Below are positions 50,701-64,000 of a stretch of DNA of 64,000 nucleotides, piece by piece (position 1 is the first letter of the stretch; every line of letters starts with the position of its first letter). The notes under the pieces are model-generated. The model made no database searches, was not told where the DNA came from, and saw only the letters and a list, made by a program, of their open reading frames with translations. This DNA comes from the human T2T-CHM13v2.0 reference genome, Homo sapiens. The stretch lies in assembly GCF_009914755.1 (NCBI RefSeq), contig NC_060938.1, one strand, 5' to 3'. Both the position numbers and the translations under genes were made by a program.

Positions 50701-53249
50701 AACTAGGCTGGAATGAGAGAGACTGTTTTGTTTGCTCCATTTTCCAGACAAGGAAACTAAAGCATAGAACCCAGCTTGTCCATAATTACCCAGCAAAGTG
50801 GAAGAGACCTTTCTCAGTCCAAACCCATGGTTTTTCTACTATAACCTGTTGCTGTCAATAAACTGCTAGCTGGGCTCCATTGTAACCAAGTGCTTTTCCT
50901 GCATCATCTTATGTAGTCCTTGTAAACTATCCTCAGACCTATTTTACAGATGAGGTAACTGGGCTTTGGGTCAAGCACCTTATCCATGGTCACACAGCCA
51001 GAAATCAGAGAATGTGGGATTCAAACTCGGATCTGTATGACGAACCCGCTGTGGCTTGTCACCACAACATAGGATGATAGATTCGTTTCCCATGGGCCAA
51101 GGAATATTTCCTCTCCTTTTAGAGTTGTGGGAGTTTGAGGCTTTTCCCACGTCACCCAGCCAGAAAGTGTGGGTCTCCCACCTCCTGGGCAGGGCTCCTT
51201 CATCTCCGAGTACTGCCTTTGTCCATGTCTGGCGGTCATGAGGGACTGTTTGGCCATGCCAGCACCACTCAAGGGCCTATTTGCCAATGTTTGGCCATAG
51301 AGGGCAAATTCTCAATCTTAGACAAGGGCTCCTTAAAAGGTAAATTATCAGAAAATAGACACTGAGCACCTGTTATAGGTTAGGAATTATGCTAAGCATT
51401 GGGAAAGAAAATAATGAGGTGAGTTTGGTTTATCTTGGTGATGAAAAGTATAATCTCCAAGGGTACCAGAAACACTTGACCCCACTGCCCTTCTTGTGCT
51501 GGGTAGAAAAGACCAGCTGCGGTCTCTGCGCCCTAAAGGATCTCACAGGCTAGGTGGCAACAGAGAGCAACACATATGACTGTAGTATGGTGTAGCAAAT
51601 CTCATTCCTTTATCATTTTAAAAATCACTCTCTATTGAGCTTCTCTGCAGGGAAGGTGCTGCAGTAGGTGCAGGAGATACAGTGGTTCAGAGGGCAGACA
51701 AGGTCCTGTCTTTATGAAGCTCACATTTGGGGGAAATGAAAATATAAATACAAATAGGGATGAAGATATAAAGGAGAGGTATATGGCGCTATTAGAACCT
51801 AATGGGAGGTCCATCTTAGTTACACGGGAGAAGGCTTCCTTACAGATGTGCTTTGACCTGACGGATGAATTGGAAGCCTGCGATCAAGACAGCCCTAGGT
51901 TATTGGGGGAGCACCAACAAAGGCACCTAGCTCAAGCTGGGAATATAGGTTAGGCTTCCTCCAGATGGAGAAGTCAAAGTCTACTGGTGAGAGGATGGCT
52001 TGGGTTTGGAGCTGGAGGATGTTATGACCAGTGGGAGCCATGTGTCATTTGGGTACCATTCCTGCTTGCTCTCTTTAGGAGACCCTCCTGCTCCACAAAC
52101 TGGAGCTGCGGAAGTGTGGCAGTTTGCTTGTATCTTCTGTTCTCCACCTCTTTCCTTTGAGCTCTGCCCGTGGCTCTGTGAATACCAACGCCAGCATATA
52201 AATTATCCAGCAGGCCTCAGCCCTCGCCCAACCAGACTCTTCGCTCAGTGGCGTGCATGCATAATCAATACAGGAGGCTGTCACTGCTTTTAGCTGGGGT
52301 GCTAGAAAAGAACTTCGGCTTTCAGAGCTTGGCTGCATGCCAGCATTTACTCCCCACGCCTCCCTCCTTCTTGCTTCTCTGGCTTTCTCCCAGTTCTGTA
52401 AGGCTGCATGGCAAAAGGTTGCAGGTGGGCCATGGCTCCTGTGACTGACCCCAAACCCTCCTGTGCAGCAATTGGGGAGGTTCTTGGTTATGCCGTGGCT
52501 CAACCCAGAGAACTCTTAGGCAACCGGCAGGCTGGGCCTCTCATGCTGCTTTCCTCTTGCTGATCTTGGCACTGCCAGAACTTCTGACCATGTCTAAAGT
52601 ACCCAAGTCTTGGTAAACAGGCTGGCAAGAGTGGGTGTAAGCTCCCTTGCTTCCTTCCTGGTGGAGCAGTATTGGGTGGGACATTCTTAGCTCCCCACAT
52701 CTTGATGGAAGGAGCTGGGTTGACCCTGACATGCCCCTCCATGGGGTATTCATGACCAAGTATTACTCCTTGGAGACATTACTGGGGTCATTTTCTTCCA
52801 GCTTCCTTCTCCTCTCCTGCTCAGATCAGGGAGGAGAGGGGATGGCTTCTAAAACACCTCCAGTCCATGGGGGATGTAGCTGTCTCCTGACACCTTCTAC
52901 TTTATCCTTTTCTGTTGTCCATTCCAGAACCTTGATTGAGTCCTGCCTGTATATAAAGCAATATGAAGCATGGCACATGGTTCCCTACCCAGAGGCAGGA
53001 ATCATTTGAAAATGTTTTCAGTCAAGAGATAAATATGATTCCGAAGGGATCTTTGCCCATCTTGGAAAGATACGACCAGGCCCTGCTCTCCACACTCATC
53101 CTGCGGCCACTGCCCTGTTGGTCACTGTATTGGCACAGCTCTGGGTGGGGAAATGCTCTGCTGGGATGGTTTCTATCTGGCACATGAGTTTGATTTTCTT
53201 TTTCTGTTCTCCTCCCTGCTCAGCCACAACCTCTTCTGAGAGAAGCTGC

Positions 53250-53740
53250 TCTTCGCATCATTCCGGATGAGTGAGCAGCTGCTTTGCTTTGTACCATGTC
53301 ACCTTCCCCTGCCCTCCTCCAACCCCGTAATAGCCATGGCTTATTATGGCAGAGGTGAGCACACAGAACTGCCCAGCCACATCCTGGCTTGCAATTGAGA
53401 GCTTAAAAAAAGATGAGTCAGGTTGATTGTTCTGCTCCCTCAGGAGTTTAGAGTTGGAAAATTGAGCTGCTAGTGGGGATTCTTAAGCTCAAAGATCATG
53501 GAAAGGACTTAGTCTGAGTTGAAGTTAGGAGATGGTGACCCTCAGAGAGGGGAGGATGGTGCATGCTGCGAAAGCAAAGTGGCAGTATCATAAAGGAAAG
53601 GAAAGAGAAAAGAGGGTGCAGCCAACTCCTCTGCTAATGACTTATTGTCCTAGCCTGTCCCATTCCTTATATATGCACAACAATCTCTTATCCTAACTGT
53701 AGCTGGAGGGGACCTTTGCTTCTTGCAAATAAAAAGTTTA
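53250..53740 (+). mobile_element. Old ERVL-type LTR remnant (LTR16/LTR33-like)
   Basis: ttctgctccctcaggagttt...tagctggaggggacctttgcttcttgcaaataaaaag end pattern. Family uncertain. Confidence 0.4.
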
Positions 53741-54414
53741 TTAATAGTTCAAGTCTTCTTTGAGGTGTCCAGCACTTAGATGACACCAATGGAACAGAAT
53801 TTTCTCAAATGAATGGGCTGAGAGTAAGATTTTGAGTTGTGTTTCCTTCCAGAGAGCATTCAGTCAAACCTCAGATGTTCTTTTCCTATAGCTTGAGAAA
53901 AATTCCTGAAAGATTCCTTAGCTTGGTTCATGGCTGGCAGATTCCTGTGAGGGCCAGCTAATGGGCATGTCTTGGTTATATGGTGGCAGAGAAAAAAACC
54001 TCTGACCAGTTTCTGGCTGAGGAACAGGGCTCCTGGCTCCAAGGAACATTCTAGTGATGGCAGAAATGCGAAAAGTGTTGAGATCAGCAGAGGCACATTG
54101 TCAGAGCTGCATTGTGGCTTAAAATGGACTTTGATGAGAGGCCAAGAGTAGATATCTAGAAAACATCAGGAGAGGCCTCTACTAAGGGAAGCAAGTGCAG
54201 CAGCCAGAGGGCAGTTGAGAATCTTGGCCAGAGCTGTTGGAGGTTGGATAAGGAGAAAGTGGGCACCCAGGATGTTCACTAAGGTGGTCCAGCCAGTTTG
54301 TCTGCAGAGGCCCATTTAGAATCTGAGACACCCCTCCCCCCCCACACCCAACACACAGCCTTAGACACATGGCACTTTGAACTAGGTGTAGGGCATTCTG
54401 GTTTTTCTTGAAAG

Positions 54415-54670
54415 TAGCAATAATAAGAGCCTCTAACATTTATTATGCACTTACTATGTGCTGGGTGCTCTGCCAAGTATTACATACACATCTGTATATT
54501 TTTTTATTCCTGTGAACAGATCTGTAAGGTAGGTATCATATTTCTCCATATTACAGATAAGGAAACTGGTGTTTTGAAAGCTTAACTGACTGTCCCAGGG
54601 CCACACAACTAGCTCCAGGTGAACTGGCATAATGTGGTTCCTGGCTTCTCTGACCCCATGCCAAGCTCTC
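54415..54670 (-). mobile_element. MIR SINE, near full length
   Basis: ctaacatttattatgcacttactatgtgctgg...ttacagataaggaaactgg...cccagggccacacaactag. Confidence 0.85.
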
Positions 54671-55432
54671 AATGAACCCACTCTGCTATTTGATTGGTTA
54701 ATGTGCACTGGGCCTGGAACCTCAATTGGGGTTTGTTTCCTGGCTCTATCTGTGCCCCAGTGAACAAACCAGTCTCCCAGGAGGTTTGATGAGCCCTGAA
54801 GGCTGTTGTGTTGGAAGACACCTGCTGATGCGAGCAGCTGCCTTGGCCTTTTCTGAGGTGGAAGCATTCCAACCTGCCGTGAGCCAGGGAGGAACTCCAT
54901 ACATTATGTAGGAGTGGCTCTCCCCCTGCAGTGGATATTGTAGACTTTTGTACCTGCAGCAGGCGAGTGTCAGCTGCTTTGGAAATGAAGCATAGCCCTG
55001 GAAGAGGGGAATGAATGGAGAAGACCAAGGGTAAGTGCTGCTTTAGGGTCCCTCTCACCAGATTGTGACAGCTCCTGGCATTCAACAATCTCTGGCAAAG
55101 CTGGGGCAATGGGGTGCATCTCAGGAATAGTTTACTGTCAGAGTAGTGGTTGGAAAGTCCTTGCTGGTTCATCTGCTTTGTCTGGTTTGGGGGAACTTGG
55201 TACAGCACAGTGGCAGGCGATCTTGGGAAGGAGGCCAACCCAAATCTTCAACCATCTGTTAATGGGGTAATAGGTTATGTTGTAGCATGAGTGAGTTGTC
55301 TTGATTGGGCAGAAACTTCAGATATGGTTGCCGATGCGGAAGGAGACTGAGCAACTGTGCATCGGTTGTGAATGTGCAACTTGGGGGATGGGGTTCATGG
55401 AAATGGATGTCAGTCTTACTGAAACTCCAGTG

Positions 55433-55606
55433 CATGGTTCTCAAGGTCACCTGGGGTCCCAGAGTCTTCTGGGAACTTGTGTGAAATGCACATTCTCAGG
55501 CCCCACCCCAGACTTCCTGAATCTGACACTCTAGGGGTGGGACCCAGCAAGTTGTGTTTTTAGAAGCCTTTCAGGTGATTCTGATGCACATGGTTGAAAA
55601 CCATAG
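55433..55606. mobile_element. MER5A hAT-Charlie MITE with both TIRs
   Basis: catggttctcaa ... gaaatgcacattctcaggccccaccccagacttcctgaatctgacactctaggggtggg ... caggtgattctgatgcac ... ttgaaaaccatag. Confidence 0.85.
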
Positions 55607-57108
55607 CTGTAGAGTATGCTGGGGTAAGTGATGGTATGGTGTCCTAGACAGATCTTGCAGCTCTCAGGATGAGAAGAGAAAATCCTGAACTGACTTGATA
55701 TTATGTAATTATTATATAATTAAAAGTGTGCTTAATACATCCTTTATGGATTAAATCAGATTAATCACAATGGTTCTCCAATATCTCAGGCAAAATTCCT
55801 GGGTCTAGCTACTCCCCTCATCCTTGTCATGCAAAGAACCTTCCCCAGACTTCAGTGGGAGATCTATTGTTTGATCATGGGGTTTGGCAGGCACTTCGTT
55901 AAGGTGGTGTGATATAATTTTCTGGACCTAGGTTCTGGCCCTACTGTGTATCAGTCTCTTGAGCTATGGGGGGCCTCTCCCTGGTTCCAGGGCTCAGCTT
56001 CTTCATCCGTGAAATGAGGCTGGATTTGGAGCTCTTGAAGGTCCCTCCTCGGGGTGACACTCCATGGTTCTCAGAGATGTCCCAAGGAAAGGCCATGGTT
56101 ACATCATGCTGGAAGCAGAAGTGTTGACACTGCCATATTTTCAACATTAATATTGGAAGTGACAGCCTGCTGACCATCTGGAAGAATCTCTCAGGGCACT
56201 GAAGACTCTGGACCCTGATTTCAGAACTGCATTTTAGGACAGGTGCCTCATTAATAGGAATGACTTCTTCCTCGAGATCGTAGCCAAAACAGGCTCCCTG
56301 ACTTTGTACAGCCTAAATTCTCCACACTGTCAAGCTGTTTGAACTCTGTGGTCAATCTCTACAAAAGGGCAGGCCCCTAACCCCATGTCTTCTCCATCTG
56401 GCCGCTCTGGGGCTTACAGATCTGATGGCTTCTGCTGGGCAACTTTGATGGAAATGCATGTCCAGATCTCGAGCTGGTGCAGAAAAGGTGGTGAGAGGCA
56501 CCCAGCCTGCTCACGTTCTGTCCTTCCTTGGCCGTAGACACTGTTCAGGCATGGGGGCAGTGGTGAAGGAGCAAGAAGCTGGGAGTTGGAGCAGGGGGAG
56601 CCTGCATCGAGGACTGGTTGTACTCCCTTGGCTTGCATGGGACTTCTACGTCAGAGTGAGAGAACACGCACAAATCTGCTGCAATTGACCTTTTAAGTCA
56701 ACCCGTTGCATATGTTTGCTACACGAAGGAGCTGCTGACAAGTCTCGGGCTGGAGACAGAAGGTGGAGAAGAAAGGAGAAATCTCACCACCACGGGCTGG
56801 TGAGACAGAGCAGTGGGCAGAGACAGAGCTGTGGTGATGCTGTCAGCCGCTCCGACATGCTGTTCTTCCATCTTCTCCGATGACGCGCGTCTGAAGTGTG
56901 ACTCGGAGGCCGCAGGAGGAAAGTGCGATGAGCCTGCACCATTCAAAGCCTCTCTCTGAGCAAGGTCGCCAGGGCGGAAATTGGCTACAGCGACCAAGGC
57001 CATTGAATCTAAGGTCCATTTCTGGCTAGGGCTTCAACCAAGGGAAGAATGGGTGGCTGGTTCAGGTGCAGCCCAGAATGAAAGCAGTGGGGAGGGAGAA
57101 ACTCCCAT

Positions 57109-57153
57109 AGCTGCCATGGGTGAGCTGCCATGGGTGAGCTGCCATGGGTGAGC
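57109..57153. repeat. Perfect 14-bp tandem repeat x3
   Basis: agctgccatgggtg at 57109, 57123 and 57137. Confidence 0.95.
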
Positions 57154-58669
57154 CGCGGCATGCCTTCCAGGATGAGAGAGCCAAGTGCCATCCTGGGTGA
57201 AGTAGGAGGGGGAAACGAAAGGCTGGGTCATTTGAGACAAGCATGCCTCCATTACCCTGCCTGAAAACGAAGGGAACACCTGTTCTTGTCTGCAGTCAGA
57301 GAGGATTTGACAGAATTTTTAAAGTAAAAAGTGAAATGAAATTTAGATCAGCCTCTGCAAAAGGACTTTGTGGATTTCCTGTCGGTTAAAGATGTGGCAG
57401 CATTATTGTTCCTGTTTCTGGAGATGTCAAGAGTAAAATGGTGTGACGTTTGTCAAGTGCTTGGACTTACTATAACCAGACATGCTGCCGGGGGCCTTCC
57501 CTGAAGGTCACCTGTCAGGGCTGTAAAGTCAGGGGATGTGGGGATGGGAGGAGGTCAGCTAGGTCACCTGAAAGTCCCTCCTAGGTCTGTGAAAAATCTG
57601 TTAGATGGAAAAATAAATGGCAGGGATGGGCTTTCTGTTTCTATGTGTGTTGGCCAGGTGGGCTAAACAGATCTCTCATATCAAGGCCAACCCCTCACTG
57701 ACACCCTGCGAGGGAAAACTTGGTTGCTGTGGGTGGGGACAGTGTCCCTGCCAACTGTTAAGAGTCCCTGCCCTTTTCCAGGGACAAGGGCAAGACAGGA
57801 AAAGGGGACCAATTTCCGAGTACTGTGTGCTAGACTCAGGTTTGTGATGTATATTATTTTAGTTTTATAATCCTAACCCAATGCCATAGGTAGAATTAGC
57901 ATTTTCTGTATTACATATGAGGACACAGAGGGGCAGAGCCATTAGAACACTAGAATAAAGCAACACAGCTAGCCAGCAAGTAGAGATAGACATCTAGGAC
58001 CACAGCCTGGTCGGGGCTACCATCCCCCTCTACTTCTCTGGCTGGGGATGGGGCTTGTTGGCTCTTTCAATACATGGGCATGTCAAGGCTCATATCTGAG
58101 TCCCCATGCCTTTCTCTTTACACATGAGATGTTTCCTCTTACACTTATGTCCATAGAGAGGGCTTTCCCCTGGGAATGTGCCCTGGGGGCCTGAGGCTGT
58201 GAGTTACTGTGCAGATGTGAAGTACCAGGTGTGCTGAAGGCAGATTGGTTTGTGAGAGGGGGCAACTCCTTTGTTTCACCCCCAACCCCCATGTGAGATG
58301 AGGCTTCCTGGGGCCCAGGGGCAATATTACTAATAATTACTCATTGTTGGCATTTTGGAGCTAGGTAAAGCATTCTCCCATTGCTACTGTTTCAGGGTTA
58401 GACATCAGTGACGAGTAGCCTGGGATATGGCACTGGCTCCCAGGTATGATGTATTTCTTTGATCCTAGTCTTTTTCAGCTGCTCGGCTCAGTTTCAAAAC
58501 TGGGTGGGAAATGTCACAGGCTCATTTTCTTGTTGTTTTTCTTCTGTCCCCTGAGGGGTATGGCCACATGCAGAGAGGTGGAAAGGAGGGACAGGAAATG
58601 GGACCAATCCACCTGTGTTCGGAAACCTCAGTTAGTGTTGCTTTATTTCCTTCACCAATCTGATAAGGT

Positions 58670-58828
58670 TTTCCGTTACCACTATTAATACATAGTACTT
58701 TATGTGATACAAATGATAAACACTAATACTGAAAACTTTAAAAAGTCAGAAAAGCACAGAGACAGAAGCAAAAAAATCACTATTTTCCTACCACATACCA
58801 TTGTTGACTTTTTGGTGTAGATCCTTCC

Positions 58829-58870
<42 letters not shown>

Positions 58871-59810
58871 TTTGTGTGTGTGTGTGGTTTGTGTGTCTGT
58901 ATTAGATTGTATACACTTCTTTTTTTATTTGTTTACAGAAACACACTGTGTTGTCTGATTTTTTTTTCCTGATTTTAGTGTTATAATGTGAGCTTGTTAC
59001 TGTGCCAGTAGGTATTCTTTAACCTTTTATTGAAAGGGTTGTAAAGGTATAAAGTACTCCATTACAGAGATGTAACAATTTACTTTATTCCTTATTGTTG
59101 GATATTTAAATTCTACATTTTCTATATTTAAAAATAATATTGTTCCTCCCGCTAAAGTTTATGCCATATTACCATCCCACCTGCAGAGTATAAGAATTAA
59201 CATTTTCCAGCCCCTTTATAATGTATTTTTGCTAAGCCTGGCCTATTAGATAGGCCTAAAAAAGTGACATTTTTTTTTTTGTTTTAACCTTGGCCAGTTC
59301 TAAGAAAGAGCACGAGCATGTATGAATGGGTTCTTCAGTGGTGTGAGGAAAGAATATGTTTGCCACCTTGGTTTGTTTTTCTTTATTTGCCTCTTGGTTT
59401 TTCCTTTGTCAGCGTAATGCAGAAACACTAGATCTCCACCCTAAGAAAAAAGGTATATAAAAATATATTTAGGGATATTTCTCACAGTTTTATTTATAAT
59501 GTTACTGTGAGAAAAGTTTTAAAAAGTTGAAATATCTTAAGTTCTTTGGATGGGGAATTACTTAAATTAATGGTGGTAATGAAATATTATGCTATCATCA
59601 AAATAACTTAATGGTGTAGGGAAAAATCAAGCTATAAACTATGTATATTATGATCTAAATTAAATAATATGTGCATAGAAAAAAGACTACAAAGGTTAAT
59701 GTTAATCATTTCTAAGTGGCATAATTGTGCTTTTTCTCTTGTATTTTCAAAAATTTCTAGCAGGCACATGTATTATTATTGTAATCCTACACAAAACAAA
59801 TGTTAGCATA
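58670..59810. mobile_element. Two old L1M 3' fragments in opposite orientation (- ~58670-59290; + ~59430-59810)
   Basis: Minus: gaaaactttaaaaagtcagaaaagc...ccattgttgactttttggtgtagatccttccag. Plus: atgaaatattatgc...tgtgcatagaaaaaagact...cacatgtattattattgtaatc. Confidence 0.65.
58831..58896. repeat. (GT)19 plus imperfect GT extension
   Basis: Read directly from the sequence. Confidence 0.95.
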
Positions 59811-60499
59811 AATTCTAAAATATCATACATGGCAATAAAGAGCCGTAAGTAACTGGGTTTTGGGTCACTTGGATTCTACTGAGGACTTTGTAGGTGATGG
59901 AGCCTTTTCACGTTTTTGAGGTTTGTGGAGTTCTTTGGAAGTTTTCAGGACCATTTCATAGGAGGGGCTTCTAGGAGGCCAGAGTCAAAGTGCGGAGACC
60001 AAGAGTAGCTTTCTATCTGACCTTCTGCCCTTTGTGTTGATGGGGGCACAGGTAGTGCAGGAGAAATCTATTTAGGTGCCCGCTGCCCCAGCCCACAGGG
60101 CACGCTGAACATGCCACCCAAGGTACCAGTGGATCTCAGGATCACTGCAGTTGGTGTTTGGAGACTGAAGGGCTGGGGATGCCAGAGGGTTAATGTCTAA
60201 ATATCATTGCGAGGACTGATTGGATGTGTTTAAGTATTTCTGACAATGACAAGCATAATGGGGACAGAATTCTGTGCCAATCCCTTTACCTACTGATGAG
60301 GAAATGGAGGTCTGGGGGGGATTAAGTCACTTGCCCATGCAAGCATCTTTATTTTTCTTTCCCAACCCAGAGTACCACTGGCATGGTGCAATGTGTCATG
60401 TGTTGGGTCTTTTCAGATTGGCTGAGATGATGCACGGCACACTTGGATGTTGTTGAAGTACTTACACTTTGCTTGGGTAGAGTTTGCATGAAAGAGCAT

Positions 60500-61130
60500 T
60501 ATTTAACTCTTTGAGTAGTAGGATTGGGCTTCCTGGAGGAATTGAGGTGAAAGATCAAAAAGTTGATTGTGGCTTGGCTTAGGCCAAGAGGGTAAAGAGG
60601 AGTATTCCAGGTAGAGGGAACAGTCTGTGCAGAGGTGGAGGGACAGCAGGGTGCATTAGAGACAAAGATTGCTGAGGGAAGAGCCAGCTGCAGGATGAGA
60701 GGGATGCATCTAAAGAGGTGGCAGACAGCTGGGAAAGGGCCTTGCCTGCCAGGCCAGAGTTTGGACTCCATGTTGAGAGCCACCAAGAGTCACTGAAGAG
60801 CTCTAAGGAAAGGAGTTGTGTGCTCGAACTGAAATTATGCCAAGATCACTTTGGCTCCAGTGTGGGAATGGGTGAGAGAGGACCAGGGCTGAATGCAAGG
60901 AGATAAGTGAGGAGTCTAGGTCAACAATTCAGGTAAGAGATGGTGATGGAGTTAAGTGGCAGTGAGGATAGAAAGGGGTAGGCAGGCAGAAGGGAAGAGT
61001 TTGTATTGAGCAATTGGGAGGTTGTGGGTGCCATTTGATGAGGCCAAGAAACCAGATCACAAAGCAAATGTGGAGGCTGCTGGGAGGTTGATGAATCCAG
61101 GTTGGGGCATATTGTGTTTGCGGTACCTGT
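60500..61130 (-). mobile_element. L2 fragment
   Basis: ggcttcctggaggaa...attccaggtagagggaacagtctgtgcagagg...aagatcactttggctccagtgtgg...caggtaagagatggtgatgg. Confidence 0.8.
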
Positions 61131-61802
61131 GGGGCACAAAAGTGGAGATGCCCTGTCTTTTTGTTTTGTAAAGTACCCAGTAGAGGCTCACTTTTTTCCT
61201 CTGACACCATGGAGGAGTTTCTCTATGTACAATGAGACTTGTCTTCCAAAACCTTTTCATGACTGCTTTTCCCAGGTGCTCACACCATTCCTGTGAAGTG
61301 GACTAGGGGAGCTTTTCTCAATGCAGAGTGTTCAGACACAGTATCCCATGAAATGGTGTTCGTGTTTTCTTGGAATACAGCCATGCAGGGGGTTTCCACA
61401 CTGTGTTTGGATCACTCATACCCCAGAAATGGCAGGTTTCTCCTCCTCTAGTCTGCCCAGAGGAGGGGGACCTGAGTGGGGAAGAAACTCTCTCTTGTGC
61501 CCTGAGAAGAATGCTTCTCTCTCTGTAAATAAAGAGGAACAAAGGCCCAGAGAGCCCAAGAGAGGAAAAAAAAGAGTGAAAGGCTGAGATGAGATTGCTC
61601 CCATTGCTTAACTAGTGGCCTCCTTGGTTGGTAGGGCAGCTGGCAGGACTACCGCCTGCACTCCTTCCCTGGAGTTACTGTCCTGAATGTTCTCAGGGTG
61701 GTTACACAGACCCATCTTGAGGTCACTTCATGGTCCCGTTTCATAACTGGCAGGGATGTTGGAGATTATGGAGTCCAAACTGTGGCTCAAAGTGGGTGGT
61801 GA

Positions 61803-62176
<374 letters not shown>

Positions 62177-62329
62177 TCCCCACATTGGACTTTCTAAGGA
62201 ATATTACCTAGCCACAGATCTACAGGGTGTGTTTGTTTCTTAAAGCCTATGAAAACCCACCCCTTCTTTTTGGTTTGTTTCTTTTATACGACCCTTAAAT
62301 GTCTTTCTCCAGAGCCCTGCCACCCACCT

Positions 62330-64000
62330 TCTTCCTGCGCACTCTACCTTTTCTCTCTGTGATATCTTTTCTAATCCTATGCTTTTCACTACTGTTCAAA
62401 GGTGGATGACTCCCCAGTTGATACCTCTAGCCTTGAACTCTCTCAGACACCTTATATTACCGGGCTTCTGGTCCTCTCCACCCACAGGCACATCAGGATT
62501 GACAGCTGCAAAACCAACAGTGTTGGCTTCAGAGCTACACAGGCAACTCCTACTTGTTCTTACAATATTGAATCCATAGTAAGTTGAGAATTAGACTTAA
62601 CACACCCAAGTCTGCGTGTCATCATTTCCTGCGTATCTGAGTGGGTAGCATCTCCATCTATCCAGGAATCTGAGCTGGAAAGGTGGAAGCCAATTTCAAT
62701 ATCCCTCTTTCCCCACCACGTTAGTCATCACGCCCTTTTGGTTCTTCTTTTAAAATATCTTTGAACTCCACTTGTTCCTCTGTGTCTTTCTTGCCAATGG
62801 GCCATTATCAGCTTTCAACAGAACACTTTGGTGCCTTCTTGGGGGGTCTTCCTACCACCCATTCTTTTTTTCTTCCATTTTCTTTTTTCCTGACATATGG
62901 TGGTAGAAATCTTAAGGAAATAAAACTGAGCACAGCATTCCTTGTGTGAAATACTGCCTTGCCTGTAAAATCTCATTAATGTAGCCTAGGCAGTGGCTAA
63001 TAGCCTGGACTCTGGAGTCAGACTGCCTAGGTTTAAATTTCTTCTACTTGCTGAGTTAGCATAGGTGGGTTATATAATCTGTCTGTTCTTCAATTTTCTC
63101 ACCTATAAAATGGGCGATAATATTAATACATAATTTGTAGGGTGTTAGAAGGATTCAATGAGTTAATATTTGTGATATGCTTAAAAAAGTGCCTAGCACA
63201 TAGTAAGTACTACTTATGTAGCATTTACTACGTGCTTTGTTAGTGTGTGCCTTATTAAATAAAATAAATATATATCCTTAGCTTGACCTAGAGGCCTTTC
63301 AAAACTGGACACTGTTGACCTCTCCAAGCTCAAGTTCTCTATCCTCCTGCCCTTGACACTGTGCCTGCAATAAAACTCAACAGTTTGTCATTGTTCAGTA
63401 CCATTGTGCTTTTCCTTGTGTTTCCTTTTGTCCCTGGATTCTTCTTCTTCACTCTTCCTTCCCACCTCTCCTCCCCCTTATAATCCTTCAAATCAGTTAT
63501 TCATCTTTTAAAATTCAGATCAAATGCCTCCTCTCTGAGGCCATCCCTATACCAGTGGACACAGATAACACTTCTTTCCCTGAGCTACTTCTGTGCCCAT
63601 GTGTGTTTTATTAGAGTGACGAGGCTGGAGCCTCTGGAGTGGGACAGACATAATTCTAATTCTGATTTGACCACCTCCAAGCTCTGTGACTCTGGGCAAG
63701 TTACTTAACCTCTCTGAGCCTCATCTGTAAGATAGGAGTAGGTTACCTACTTGATGAGGCTATGTGAGGATTATATGGCCGTGTGTGTACTGAGTGCCGG
63801 GTCCAACTCTCAGCACATGGTAAGCTCACAGCAAGTACTGTATTGTTATGATTTCCACTAATACAGCCATTATGTGCTATTTAATTTGTAGTTCGCGTAT
63901 GTGTCCCCATGACGGTTGGGGCCCTGTTTTACTAAGCTTTATAATCCCAGTATCTCCTGTAGTAGATGATCACTAATATTGACAGTTAACTGAACTTCTG
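62330..64000 (+). mobile_element. L2 remnant interrupted by two MIRs (~62985-63240 and ~63610-63860)
   Basis: L2: gtggatgactcccc...ctctagccttgaactctct. MIR: ggactctggagtcagactgcctaggttt...gtgcctagcacatagtaagta, and gctctgtgactctgggcaagttacttaacctctctgagcctca. Confidence 0.75.

Noticed and set aside
54669-55238. Longest ORF in the track (189 aa, minus strand)
   Set aside because: It has a non-ATG start, no recognisable domain and no supporting splice or promoter context. This length is expected by chance in 64 kb.

Overview
This is primate, human-like nuclear DNA, identified by AluJ/S/Y elements, dense MIR and L2 fragments, old L1M/L3, MaLR/ERVL LTR remnants and DNA-transposon MITEs. I find no supportable protein-coding exon. 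The supplied ORFs are Alu read-throughs or compositional noise. The main functional feature is a transposon-free, CpG-retaining block at about 25.0-30.8 kb. It holds a probable promoter and a non-coding first exon (about 25419-25720, donor AAG|GTAAGG) of a plus-strand gene, whose first intron would fill the rest of the window. I cannot name this gene from sequence alone. Notable items: (1) a compact cluster of REST/RE1 motifs at 13251-13328, 12 kb upstream of the promoter; (2) a MER85 piggyBac MITE with an extended perfect palindrome; (3) a tailless 5S rRNA retropseudogene with a target-site duplication (TSD); (4) two paired duplications of 83-102 bp lying 1.6-2 kb apart, one inverted and one direct; (5) several slippage or template-switch scars. 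I see no CRISPR array or new gene system. Repeat subfamily calls come from remembered consensus sequences, and old-repeat boundaries are approximate (tens of bp).
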